Assembly: GCA_965602855.1 (NCBI GenBank) | Contig: CBFCZV010000006.1 | Coordinates: forward strand, 13,181 to 77,180 | DNA from: an uncultured Gammaproteobacteria bacterium | Lineage (GTDB): Bacteria > Pseudomonadota > Gammaproteobacteria > SZUA-229 | DNA length: 64,000 nt | Reading direction: 5' to 3' | In this document: piece after piece, positions 51,925 through 62,345 of the stretch | Numbering within the stretch: position 1 is the first letter of the stretch | How the letters are laid out: each line of letters starts with the position of its first letter | Program-made: the position numbers and the translations under genes | Notes under the pieces: generated by a model | What the model saw: only the letters and a program-made list of their open reading frames with translations | Told to the model about the DNA's origin: nothing | The model's database searches: none

Positions 51925-53265
51925 ATGCTTTCACTTAACAACAATCGTATTATAATGGCATTCAATCTTTTCGAATACCTTAATGAAAACAACATCGTTT
52001 ACACCGTTGTTGGTGATACGGATGATTATTCTTCCAGTATAGATAGCGATGTAGATATCGTCATTTCACCAAAAGATCTAACTCGTATTTCTGAAATATT
52101 ATCTACATTTTGTAGAATGTATAATTACAATCTAATCCTGAAATTACAACACGAAATTACAGCAATATACTTTGTCATTGCAGATTTTAATGACAAAGAA
52201 AATATCATATTTCTTCACCCTGATATCTGTAGTGATTATATTCGTAATGGTCGTAAATTTATTTCTGCTAACAATCTCCTGTCAGGCAGGCAACGATCGG
52301 TAGTCAATGCAAGTGAAAATAAATATTTTTATGTTCCTTCACCAGCTTATGAGTTTATCTATTATCTCATAAAGAAAATTGACAAAGGTGATTTAACAAA
52401 TAGTGGAGCCACTCATTTACAAAGTCAATGGGAACAGGACAAGGAAGCAGCATCCGGTCTAGTTCGCACTTACTGGAAAAACGCAACTGACTCACAACTC
52501 ATAGAAAAGTGTGCACACGATAAAAACTGGGGGGCCGTGAAGGAGAACATAAATCATCTTCGCAAGGCATTAAGCAATTCCAATGACGGGCTGGTTTTAC
52601 GATTACTGCTAGAGTTAAAAAGAAAAGCTTCGCGATTCATCTATCCAACTGGTGTACTTGTGGCATTTTTTGGTCCTGACGGAAGCGGTAAAACTAGTGT
52701 TATACATTCAGTTGATGAAATTCTAGCAGATGTATTTCGTAAAACACATAATATACATCTCAGGCCAAAGCTAGGTCATAAACATAATAATAATACTCCC
52801 ATCATCACCGACCCACATAATAAGCCAACCAGGGGCAGGATATTATCATTACTAAAATTACTTTATCTTGCATTCGACTACATAGCTGGTTACCTGGCTG
52901 TTGTACGGCCAATGCTAGTACGCTCAACTTTAGTTCTTTTTGATCGTTACTATCATGATATTCTAGTTGACCCCACTCGCTACCGACATAATTGTCCGAT
53001 CTGGATAACACGTTTAGTTGAAAAACTTATACCCCGTCCTGATTTACTTATATTGCTTGATGCACCCGCAGAAGTTCTCCAGTCACGTAAACAGGAGGTT
53101 TCGTTTGAGGAAACGGCACGGCAGCGTGAAGCATACCGTGCAGTACTCTCCAAATATCCTGAATGTATTATTATTAACTCTAACCAGCCACTTGAGCTTG
53201 TAGTTGCCGATGCTACTAAAGCAATCCTTGAATATCTTGATCAACGTTACAAAAAAAACTCATAG
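51925..53265 (+). CDS. Nucleotidyltransferase-like N-domain fused to thymidylate-kinase-like P-loop domain
   Basis: SDVDIV acidic motif near the N-terminus; GPDGSGKT, FDRY and PDL.ILLDAP..L..RKQE in the C-terminal half. Confidence 0.7.
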   Translation: MLSLNNNRIIMAFNLFEYLNENNIVYTVVGDTDDYSSSIDSDVDIVISPKDLTRISEILSTFCRMYNYNLILKLQHEITAIYFVIADFNDKENIIFLHPDICSDYIRNGRKFISANNLLSGRQRSVVNASENKYFYVPSPAYEFIYYLIKKIDKGDLTNSGATHLQSQWEQDKEAASGLVRTYWKNATDSQLIEKCAHDKNWGAVKENINHLRKALSNSNDGLVLRLLLELKRKASRFIYPTGVLVAFFGPDGSGKTSVIHSVDEILADVFRKTHNIHLRPKLGHKHNNNTPIITDPHNKPTRGRILSLLKLLYLAFDYIAGYLAVVRPMLVRSTLVLFDRYYHDILVDPTRYRHNCPIWITRLVEKLIPRPDLLILLDAPAEVLQSRKQEVSFEETARQREAYRAVLSKYPECIIINSNQPLELVVADATKAILEYLDQRYKKNS

Positions 53266-53280
53266 TTCATTCAAGGCACA

Positions 53281-54387
53281 ATGATGAATCCTTCTAACCC
53301 TATCAACTTGCTATTTTCTCTGGCAGAGGCTGAAAACGCCAGCCACTATTTATACCCAAGCCCATCACATTCAAGACTAATACTACCAAAAGATACACAA
53401 TATTCAAAAGTCGCATTACAATTTTTCAGCAATAAACGACAAAGACTCAAAATGCTGCTTCAAAGAGCACTCACCAAAGAGTCACTCTATTGCGTAGAAA
53501 ATGATTGCATGAATTCACTCAAAATTGCTGCTGGATACCCAAATGCATATCCAGCTGTATCGCTTGGAACGCCTGGCCCATATAATAAACAAACCGTTTT
53601 ATTACTTGATAATAGTTACATGCCTATTTCCATAACAAAAGTTGGAGCTAATAATCAAACATCATTATTATTAAAAAATGAGGCTTACTGGCTCAAGACC
53701 GTCAACATGAATGCATCTCTGGCTACTTTCATACCCTCCGTCGTACAAGATAGCAGTGTTAATTCCCTGTTTTTTTTAACTCAAACGGTTAATACTGGCA
53801 CACCTTCAAAATGGCACCTAACTGAGCAGCATACAAAATTCCTCACTCTGCTTCAGGATACGGTTGACCCTACTTTTCATTTTGGTGATAGCGATATGCA
53901 TTCAGCATTATCATATCGACTCCAAACATTGAATGGAGAAATGTCAAAAAATTGGCAACAACGTGCTGATATAGCACTTAACCATATAATCAAAACATTT
54001 GAAAACACAGAAATACCAATGGTGTTAGCTCATCGAGATTTTGTTCCATGGAATATAAAAAATGATAGCAATGGTATTTTTGTATTCGACTGGGAATACA
54101 CTTCGCAGGGCTACTTCCCTCTTTATGACATTTTTCATTTTATAGTTATGCCATTAGCTCTAAAGAACAAACTCAGTCTTAATAATATTGAAGACATTCT
54201 TAGAAAAGCCGAAATTTTTGGTCTATCTTTAAACAATGGCGCATCTAAAATCTGCCATAGTAAAATACAATTACTGGGATATCTTCTAGATGTCTGTCTT
54301 TTTTATCTAGAATCCAATAATGGAAACTCAGTTGATGATAATATTGTAAATCACTATGGTTTACTAATTGACAAAATTTGTAAGTAA
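53281..54387 (+). CDS. APH/choline-kinase-like phosphotransferase
   Basis: Brenner motif HRDFVPWN and VFDWE. Confidence 0.75.
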   Translation: MMNPSNPINLLFSLAEAENASHYLYPSPSHSRLILPKDTQYSKVALQFFSNKRQRLKMLLQRALTKESLYCVENDCMNSLKIAAGYPNAYPAVSLGTPGPYNKQTVLLLDNSYMPISITKVGANNQTSLLLKNEAYWLKTVNMNASLATFIPSVVQDSSVNSLFFLTQTVNTGTPSKWHLTEQHTKFLTLLQDTVDPTFHFGDSDMHSALSYRLQTLNGEMSKNWQQRADIALNHIIKTFENTEIPMVLAHRDFVPWNIKNDSNGIFVFDWEYTSQGYFPLYDIFHFIVMPLALKNKLSLNNIEDILRKAEIFGLSLNNGASKICHSKIQLLGYLLDVCLFYLESNNGNSVDDNIVNHYGLLIDKICK

Positions 54388-54392
54388 TCGCT

Positions 54393-55190
54393 ATGAAACA
54401 ACCTAAAATCAGTGTAATTGTACCTTCATTTAACCAATCAAAGTTTCTGGAAGAAACTTTATTGAGTGTGATAGATCAAGGCTATCCTAATCTGGAACTT
54501 ATTGTGATCGATGGTGGTTCAACAGATGACAGCATAAATATTATCAAGCAGTATGAAGATAAAATTACATACTGGGTAAGCGAACCAGATGGTGGTCAGA
54601 CGCCAGGCCTGATTAAAGGTTTTAATCATGCAACAGGTGAAATTCAATGCTGGCTTAACAGTGACGACCTGCATCTACCACATACACTTAATGAGGTGGC
54701 AAATTTCTTCAGCAAAAATCCATCAGCAGATGCCGTATTCGGTAATACACTTTGGGTTGATGAAAATACTGTAGCAATTCGTGAACAGAGAGAAATTCCA
54801 TTTAATAAATTCATCTGGATGTATACCTACAACTATATTCCCGGTCAATCAATGTTTTGGCGCAGTGATATATATAAAAGTGTTGGAGGCCTAAATCCTC
54901 AATTTAATCTTGCCATGGATGCTGATTTATGGATTCGCTATGCAGAAAATGGGAGAATTGCACATGTTAATAGTATCTGGTCAAAAATGCGTTTTTACCC
55001 CGAACAGAAAAATAGAAATCTCAGAGATGCAAGTGACAATGAAGACCTGATTATTCGTCAGCGATACTGGGGCACCAAAATACCAAAGTTCTACCGACAA
55101 AAACGTTTTTTTGCATATACAATTAGAATATTATGGAAAGGCATAACTGGATGCTATTCATTTGGATATAAACGTTTCATGGAATCCTGA
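54393..55190 (+). CDS. Glycosyltransferase family 2
   Basis: ISVIVPSFNQ, IDGGSTD and WLNSDD. Confidence 0.93.
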   Translation: MKQPKISVIVPSFNQSKFLEETLLSVIDQGYPNLELIVIDGGSTDDSINIIKQYEDKITYWVSEPDGGQTPGLIKGFNHATGEIQCWLNSDDLHLPHTLNEVANFFSKNPSADAVFGNTLWVDENTVAIREQREIPFNKFIWMYTYNYIPGQSMFWRSDIYKSVGGLNPQFNLAMDADLWIRYAENGRIAHVNSIWSKMRFYPEQKNRNLRDASDNEDLIIRQRYWGTKIPKFYRQKRFFAYTIRILWKGITGCYSFGYKRFMES

Positions 55191-56437
55191 TGCAAATATT
55201 ATTATCTGCCTATGCTTGTGAACCTGGTTTGGGTTCAGAAGCTGCTGTTGGTTGGGGCTGGGCAACGCACCTATCACCACAAAATAATGTCCACGTTATA
55301 ACGCGTGAATCTAATCGTGATCTCATTGAGCAGGAATTAGCTGAACGGCCAATAAAGAATCTTCACTTTCATTATTATGACTTACCTGGCTGGGCACGTC
55401 GTTGGAAAAAGGGTAGCACAGGTGTTCACCTCTACTACATACTTTGGCAATATGGAGCCTATAAGTTTTCCAAAACTATAATTAAAAAAATTAGTTTTGA
55501 TATTGTTCATCATGTCACGTTCGTTAGTACTCGCTTTCCAAGCTTCATGGGGAAACTTGGCCCTCCATTTGTTTTTGGCCCTGTAGCTGGTGGAGAAACA
55601 GCACCTATAGCACTGTGGTGGTCAATGGATAGGGCTTCACGTATAAAAGAATTTCTAAGATCAATTTCTATTATGTGGATTAAACACTCCCTGCTTATGC
55701 GTAAAACGTTCGCTACTGCTTCGCATATTATTACAACTTCATCACAAACAACTGAATTAATACCAAAAAAATATCACCGCAATGTAACACAATCATTAGG
55801 CATTGCTCTTTCAGATGATGAAATGGCAGAGCTTGGAGCCACACTACAATCAAAAGCTAAAGAAACAGGCCACTTCAGGGTATTTTTTGCAGGCAGGTTT
55901 CTACACTGGAAAGGCATGGATTTTGGCTTAAAAGCATTTTCACTATTGGTCAAAGATATAGAATCAACCAATTTAACAATGATTGGTGATGGAATCGCCA
56001 AAAAAACATGGCAACAAATGTGCAATGACTTAAATGTTGATAGCAATGTTAAATGGGTTACACGAATGTCACGTCCACAATTTTTAAATTCTTTAAAAAA
56101 TTTTGATGTACTTCTCTTCCCTAGCTTACATGATTCAGGAGGAATGGTAGTGCTTGAAGCTATGGCAGCAGGCATACCCGTAGTCTGTCTCGATATCGGC
56201 GGCCCATCGCTATTAATTGATGATACCTGTGGTATAAGAGTACCGGCAACCACCCCAGATGAAACCATTAATGACATATACCAGGCTTTATTAGAACTTG
56301 CGACAAACCCTGAAAAACTTCAGGCACAATCACAAGCGGCAGTACAGCGAGCAAATAACCAATTTACCTGGAAGAAGAAAGCACAGAATATTATTGAAAT
56401 TTATGAAGCGGCTATAACTGAGTACAACAAAAAATGA
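55190..56437 (+). CDS. Glycosyltransferase family 4
   Basis: SAYACEPGLGSE, GRFLHWKG and FPSLHDSGGMVVLEAMAAG. Confidence 0.93.
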   Translation: MQILLSAYACEPGLGSEAAVGWGWATHLSPQNNVHVITRESNRDLIEQELAERPIKNLHFHYYDLPGWARRWKKGSTGVHLYYILWQYGAYKFSKTIIKKISFDIVHHVTFVSTRFPSFMGKLGPPFVFGPVAGGETAPIALWWSMDRASRIKEFLRSISIMWIKHSLLMRKTFATASHIITTSSQTTELIPKKYHRNVTQSLGIALSDDEMAELGATLQSKAKETGHFRVFFAGRFLHWKGMDFGLKAFSLLVKDIESTNLTMIGDGIAKKTWQQMCNDLNVDSNVKWVTRMSRPQFLNSLKNFDVLLFPSLHDSGGMVVLEAMAAGIPVVCLDIGGPSLLIDDTCGIRVPATTPDETINDIYQALLELATNPEKLQAQSQAAVQRANNQFTWKKKAQNIIEIYEAAITEYNKK

Positions 56438-56582
56438 GCCCTTTATAACAAACTCAGCAATCTGAAAATATAAATACTTAGAATTTTTTAACCATATCTG
56501 ATGCCATTATTATAAAATCAATTCCATTATGAATTGCACGTTAAAAAATTATTATTTAATCACTTTTAAGCCTTAACCTCTA

Positions 56583-57731
56583 ATGAAAATCAAAGTCCTT
56601 ATATCGCATAATCAATATCAACAACTTGGTGGTGAAGATTCTGTTGTTCATGAAGAAATAAATTTGCTTCGCAGCAATGGTCACGAAGTATTAACTTATG
56701 AGCGAGATAATGCTGAACTTAAAGACATTAATAAAGTTACAATTATAAAGGACTCTATATGGTCAACAAAAACAACTCATGAAATAGATAAAATCATTCA
56801 TGACTTTAAACCTGATATTATTCATTCACACAACACAACCCCGCTAATATCACCATCATTATATTGGGCTGCTTCTAAAAATAATATACCCATTGTACAA
56901 ACACTTCATAATTTTCGTTTATTTTGCCTGCAGGCAATGTTTTTACGTAAAGGGGAAATTTGCGAAGACTGTATTGGCAAGATGCCATGGCGTGGCATTA
57001 TTAGAAAATGTTACCGAAATTCAACCTCTCAAAGCTCAGTACTTGCTACGTCATTGATCACACATCGATTACTGGGTACGTATGATAATAAAGTTACGCG
57101 GTATATTGCTCTCAACAATTTCTGTAAAGATCTCTTTATAAAAGGAGGATTACCTCCGGATCGCATAGTGACAAAACCTAATTTTGTCGACATTAAAGAG
57201 TCTTCAGGAAAGCATACCGGTAATCCACTTTTTGTTGGTCGTCTATCACCAGAAAAAGGCATAGATACACTTGTCAAAGCAGTCTCACAAACAAGTGATA
57301 TAGTTATTGATGTTATTGGTACAGGCCCTCTCGAATCTAGCTTAGCCAATAATAGAGGAATCAATCTATACGGCTGGCAAGAAAAAAATGAAATATACAA
57401 AATAATGAGTAATGCCGCATACTTAATTATGCCCAGTATTTGGTATGAAACATTTGGACTTGTTATAATAGAGGCTTTTGCAAATGGGCTACCTGTAATC
57501 ACAAGTAGATTAGGTGCGATGAATGATCTGGTTGTAGATGGAGTTACTGGGCTTCTATTCGAGCCGGGATCATCTAAAGACCTACTTGAAAAAATGTTGT
57601 GGGCTAACAACAATCCAGAAAAAATGATCATAATGGGAAAGGAAGCACGCAATATTTATAAAAAGCACTACTCTCCAGACGTCAATTACACTCAACTAAT
57701 AGATATTTACAATGAAGCACTTGCCTCATGA
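56583..57731 (+). CDS. Glycosyltransferase family 4
   Basis: YQQLGGED, TLHNFRL, GRLSPEKG and PSIWYETFGLVIIEA. Confidence 0.93.
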   Translation: MKIKVLISHNQYQQLGGEDSVVHEEINLLRSNGHEVLTYERDNAELKDINKVTIIKDSIWSTKTTHEIDKIIHDFKPDIIHSHNTTPLISPSLYWAASKNNIPIVQTLHNFRLFCLQAMFLRKGEICEDCIGKMPWRGIIRKCYRNSTSQSSVLATSLITHRLLGTYDNKVTRYIALNNFCKDLFIKGGLPPDRIVTKPNFVDIKESSGKHTGNPLFVGRLSPEKGIDTLVKAVSQTSDIVIDVIGTGPLESSLANNRGINLYGWQEKNEIYKIMSNAAYLIMPSIWYETFGLVIIEAFANGLPVITSRLGAMNDLVVDGVTGLLFEPGSSKDLLEKMLWANNNPEKMIIMGKEARNIYKKHYSPDVNYTQLIDIYNEALAS

Positions 57732-57875
57732 TGTTATTATCAAGAGGAAATAACAACGAAAAGTTAAATAGTGATATTCAATGAAATATATTTGAACAAT
57801 GAGTTACAACGACATCTCTTAAGGCTGTTAGCACAACAAAAACAATTAGATTGCATTCTCTTTGATTAATAAAAT

Positions 57876-58928
57876 ATGAATAATAACTCCGCAAGCTCTC
57901 GTCACAAAAGACTAGACATAACTAAAGGGCTTCTTATTTATGCTATGTTGCTCTCACATGCATGGGGGACAATTTCACTCCTAAACCCACCAATAGATAT
58001 AAGATATTCAGTAACATTTGTTACAAGTTCTTATGTTTTTATATCTGGCTTTATTCTAGGAAAATTCTTGTTACCAGGCTACATCAATAATCCTTATTAC
58101 CGTTTAAGAAGAGATTTAGGAAGGGCATCAAAACTTTTTCTGATTTATTTTATACCTAATATGCTGTTATATTTTGGTAATTATAGAAGCATTTATGACA
58201 ATATAGATTTTTACACGTGGTTTGTATCTCTCATCATAAACCCTATAAATGATCTCCCTGTATTTGAAATATTATACTCAATCTCTGTATTTATGGCAGC
58301 CGGCTCCACCTTGTTTTATTTTCTCACAAGAGCCGCTAATATGAACACCCCCAATATAATGAAATCTACTGGGTTAATTGCCTTAGTTATCAGCCTAATT
58401 CTAATTGTTTCAGACATCCTAGATAGATTAGTTGGCTTCGGATTTTTAGGACTTTCTATCGGTATTTGCACTAATGGTTTTCAAAATTATAAATGCACAT
58501 TTACTCGCATATCATTTAATTCGAAGTCTTATCTAATTATAGGAATAACTTTAGTCTCATCTTCAATCTACTTTGCATTTATACAAGGGGCATTAATCTA
58601 TGAGCTATATTATATCCCTTATGTATTGATGGCATTAATCGGCACCTATTCTATCAGCGCATATATAGATTCATCGCCTTCCATGGTTAATAAAATTATC
58701 GTTATGCTCGGGAGACATTCATTATTTATTTACATATTCCAGGTTACTATATGTCGTTTATTTTATCTATTAATTAACGAACATTATCACTCATCATCTA
58801 ATTATTTTTTGATTTTTATATCGGTGCTCTTATTTGTTGGAATTTTGATGATTATCATTTCTACCTTAATTGAGTTTCTTTCTAAGTATCCTAGGTTTAG
58901 TTTTATTTACAATAATATTTTCAGATGA
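57876..58928 (+). CDS. OpgC/acyltransferase-3-like membrane acyltransferase
   Basis: RLDITKGLLI..M...H, FISGF and LGRHSLFIY; multi-TM. Confidence 0.65.
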   Translation: MNNNSASSRHKRLDITKGLLIYAMLLSHAWGTISLLNPPIDIRYSVTFVTSSYVFISGFILGKFLLPGYINNPYYRLRRDLGRASKLFLIYFIPNMLLYFGNYRSIYDNIDFYTWFVSLIINPINDLPVFEILYSISVFMAAGSTLFYFLTRAANMNTPNIMKSTGLIALVISLILIVSDILDRLVGFGFLGLSIGICTNGFQNYKCTFTRISFNSKSYLIIGITLVSSSIYFAFIQGALIYELYYIPYVLMALIGTYSISAYIDSSPSMVNKIIVMLGRHSLFIYIFQVTICRLFYLLINEHYHSSSNYFLIFISVLLFVGILMIIISTLIEFLSKYPRFSFIYNNIFR

Positions 58929-59065
58929 GGCTATTCGTTAATCATTCTTAACTGTGCCATAATATATCAAAAGCCCAAATATTGCCCAAAAGATATTCGA
59001 ATAGACAACTATATTCGCCATTGACGATGCCAGTAATACAATCACCATCGAAGCGACAATTGACG
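58690..59065. repeat. Left copy of ~375-bp diverged direct repeat (right copy ~61970-62345)
   Basis: Offset about 3280 bp; e.g. TGAGTTTCTTTCTAAGTATCCTAGGTTTAGTTTT is identical at 58871 and 62151. Confidence 0.88.
58938..59065 (-). pseudogene. Relic of the 3' end of the wzy-like gene
   Basis: SIVASMVIVLLASSMANIVVYSNIFWAIFGLL is nearly identical to the C-terminus of 62110-63426. Confidence 0.85.
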
Positions 59066-59233
59066 GTGTTTTTTTATAATCATTATAATTTCCTGAACTT
59101 CTAATAAATACCAAACTATAGAACACTAGAAGTGGGTTGATTGAAAAAACTCTTCTTTTGCATAAACAGCCACATATCAGGAATGGGCTATACTTTTGTT
59201 CTTTAATTAAAAAACATGATTAATCCAAGCCTC

Positions 59234-60304
59234 TCAGCTACAACTATTTAGATGCGAATAATTGTATATCGACCAATCTTGTGAGCATAGAACTTCAAAA
59301 ATTTTATCAATAATTTCAATATAATTATCACTTGATACTCTAATCATAAAATCACCATCTTTTGAAAAAATACTTTTTACAACTGTATCGCCAAGCAGTG
59401 TGTTGGTGTGCGTAAATGTACTGTCAGTATAGTATTTATCCATCATAAGGTCAGATATGTATTCAGGATTAATCATATATACGAAGTCTGTAGCACCTAA
59501 TACTGCCTCAATAAAACTAACATAATTTTCTTTCCTTTTCATAAACATAAGATACGGGTGATAAATTGTTACAAATGGAATCAACTCTCCATCGTAATCA
59601 TTAAATATTTTTTGGAAATAATACACCTCTCTACGTGATGTATCCTTTATCACAAGCGGCAATCTAGAAATAAGACTGTTCGCTTTTTGTTTGTCTATTT
59701 TATATCTGATCAGGCCATTTAACTCATCACCAATTTTAATGGCTTTTGATCCAGTTAAATTGAATTCTATTTTGGAGATAGATTTTTCGACAGTTTCTAG
59801 TGTTAGATAGTCAAAAATAGAAATTCCATTTGTTCCTTTTGTGAGCGTATCACCCCTATAAGGGTATTTTCCAAATAAATTATAGTCATCTATACCATAT
59901 AGCACTAACTTTATGCCTGACTTCTTACCGAAATGCCGAATATAATTGTAGTGCTCGGATGCCATTGAAGCACCAATAGAAAAATTAACCCATTTATGAT
60001 TAGTTATTTTATCCAGTGTTATAGTATTTATAAATGCTATCTGGGATGACCCAATTATTGCTGCATTCGAATTAGGTATGTAGGCATCCATGTAATTAAT
60101 TTTATCCACACTTTTAGAATGCATAGAAACACTTTCAGCATTAATCCCTTCGATAGTAACAACTGCGTCACCATAGGGGTTAATCAAAATATTGAATAGA
60201 AATATAAGCAGCAATATACCGTATACTGATAACACCACCCATTTTATGTTGTTCTTACAAAACCCACTACGGACTTTTTTAGTATATAAATCCATTGTCA
60301 TCAT
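59234..60304 (-). CDS. Membrane-anchored periplasmic partner of MBOAT (possible SGNH/AlgJ/DltD-like)
   Basis: N-terminal TM then NPYG, IIGSS and late D...H.N; directly downstream of the MBOAT gene. Confidence 0.55.
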   Translation of the reverse strand: MMTMDLYTKKVRSGFCKNNIKWVVLSVYGILLLIFLFNILINPYGDAVVTIEGINAESVSMHSKSVDKINYMDAYIPNSNAAIIGSSQIAFINTITLDKITNHKWVNFSIGASMASEHYNYIRHFGKKSGIKLVLYGIDDYNLFGKYPYRGDTLTKGTNGISIFDYLTLETVEKSISKIEFNLTGSKAIKIGDELNGLIRYKIDKQKANSLISRLPLVIKDTSRREVYYFQKIFNDYDGELIPFVTIYHPYLMFMKRKENYVSFIEAVLGATDFVYMINPEYISDLMMDKYYTDSTFTHTNTLLGDTVVKSIFSKDGDFMIRVSSDNYIEIIDKIFEVLCSQDWSIYNYSHLNSCS

Positions 60305-60349
60305 TTCGCGCCTATAAAATAAGCCATGTGATACAAGGACTCACGATAA

Positions 60350-61792
60350 CTAGAATTGAAAATAAAGGAATTCACTTGCCTGCCTCAAATTAACCAATGG
60401 TATTAATACCAAAAGAAATATTGCTAAATAAAATATTCGCTTATTATTATATTTCATAAATAAAATAAATATTTTATCTTCAACTAGTACAATAATCATA
60501 AATATAACTAAAACAATTATAGTAGTTATGGGATTTGAAACTATAATCCAATCAAGCGGCAAAACAAATTCCATGCCTCTAAGATAAGGAACCCCACTAA
60601 ATTCTACCCCGCTGAAACCAAACATTCCTTTTAATACTTTAATTGCATCCTGGAATTCTTTTGCCCTGAAAAACACCCACGCAATGTTGACAAAATTCAT
60701 TGTAATAAACCAGGCGACAATGCTATTCATTACAAAACCAGTTCTGCTCCATGCCCTATGAGCCATTAGAGCCAAACCATGCAATAACCCCCAAAAAACA
60801 AATGTCCATCCTGCACCGTGCCATAGGCCGCCCAACAAGAACGTCATCAGTAAATTATTATAGGTTTTGAATCCTCCATTACGATTACCTCCCAAAGGAA
60901 TATATACATAATCCCTCAAAAATCTCGACAAAGTAATATGCCATCTTCTCCAGAATTCCTGTATGTTCGTTGACTTATATGGGTAGTTAAAGTTAACAGG
61001 TAACTTTATATTAAAAAGTAACGCAATACCAATCGCCATATCAGTATAACCACAGAAATCAAAATATAGCTGAAACGTGTAACTAAGACTCGTACCCCAT
61101 GCCTCTAACAAAGTTAAACTCTCAGATACATCAAAGCCAGGTGTAGCAATCATCGCAAAACTATCTGCAATAACAACTTTTTTAAATAACCCTATACTGA
61201 ATATAAACATACCAACGACTATGTTTCGATAATTCTTAATTTTGTTTCTCATGCCGATAAATTGCGGCATCATTTCACTATGATGGACAATAGGACCAGC
61301 AATCAACTGCGGGAAAAAAGTAACAAAAACCGCATAGTTTAAAAAATCATATTCTTTTGTTCCACCTCGATAGCTATCTACCAAATAGGCTATTTGTTGA
61401 AATGTATAAAAACTAATTGCCAGTGGAAGAACCAGATTCAGTGATGAAATATCAGCATTAAACGCCTCATTATAATTAAAAATAAAAAAATCCGAATATT
61501 TGAAGTATCCAAGAAGAACTAGATTGCACGTGATACCAACTATCAAAATAGATTTTTTAGAAACACGCTTATTCGCATCCTGACCTAGCATGCTTCCTAA
61601 AACAAAATTAAATAACATTGATGATAAAATGAGCGGCAGATATGAAATATCCCACCATGAATAAAAGAATAACGAGCTAAAAACAAGGAATGCCCTACTT
61701 GCGACAATTAGCCGAAGCTGATTTAGCTTGAAATAAACTAAAAACACAAAGGGGAGAAAAAATAAAATAAATCCGTAGGAATTAAATAACAC
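60350..61792 (-). CDS. MBOAT O-acyltransferase (AlgI/DltB family)
   Basis: MLFNS, LPLAISFYTFQ, FFPQLIAGPI, FWRRWHITLS, GLWHGAGW and FLYFQF. Confidence 0.95.
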   Translation of the reverse strand: MLFNSYGFILFFLPFVFLVYFKLNQLRLIVASRAFLVFSSLFFYSWWDISYLPLILSSMLFNFVLGSMLGQDANKRVSKKSILIVGITCNLVLLGYFKYSDFFIFNYNEAFNADISSLNLVLPLAISFYTFQQIAYLVDSYRGGTKEYDFLNYAVFVTFFPQLIAGPIVHHSEMMPQFIGMRNKIKNYRNIVVGMFIFSIGLFKKVVIADSFAMIATPGFDVSESLTLLEAWGTSLSYTFQLYFDFCGYTDMAIGIALLFNIKLPVNFNYPYKSTNIQEFWRRWHITLSRFLRDYVYIPLGGNRNGGFKTYNNLLMTFLLGGLWHGAGWTFVFWGLLHGLALMAHRAWSRTGFVMNSIVAWFITMNFVNIAWVFFRAKEFQDAIKVLKGMFGFSGVEFSGVPYLRGMEFVLPLDWIIVSNPITTIIVLVIFMIIVLVEDKIFILFMKYNNKRIFYLAIFLLVLIPLVNLRQASEFLYFQF

Positions 61793-61969
61793 TGGTTTAT
61801 CCTTAGTTATTGCTGTTTTATTATATTGACTCGTTACTACAAAGACCTGCTCAATCTATATCCTTATTTTAAGTATTTAAGTAAATAAGAATTTATTTAA
61901 ATTACTCACATAGAAAAAGAGATATGCACTCTATTTGAAGACTGGTCGTATCATTCAGCATAAACTCAA

Positions 61970-62345
61970 TAAATTATCTCCACAACGTTATCGGGAGATA
62001 TTAATTATTTGCTTATTCCTGGTTATTATATGTCGTTTGTTTTATCTATTAATTAATAAATATTATTAATTATCATCTAACCATTTTATTATTTTTTATA
62101 TGTGTACTCTTATTCACTGGGATTTCTATGATTAATATTTCCATCATGATTGAGTTTCTTTCTAAGTATCCTAGGTTTAGTTTTGTCTATAACTATATTT
62201 TCAGATGAAACTATTCGTTCCTCGTTCTTAACCGCACCATAACTAATCAAAAGTCCGAATATTGCCCAAAAAATATTCGAATAGACCACTACATACGCCA
62301 TAGACGATGCCAGTAATACAATCACCATCGAAGCGACAATTGACG
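61970..62345. repeat. Right copy of diverged direct repeat; includes decayed 3' end of the OpgC-like gene
   Basis: The plus strand still encodes IEFLSKYPRFSFVYNYIFR* (62149-62208), and sequence upstream aligns with about 58690-58870 with indels. Confidence 0.8.

Noticed and set aside
55774-57652. Minus-strand ORFs of 167 and 207 aa
   Set aside because: Antisense to well-supported GT4 genes.
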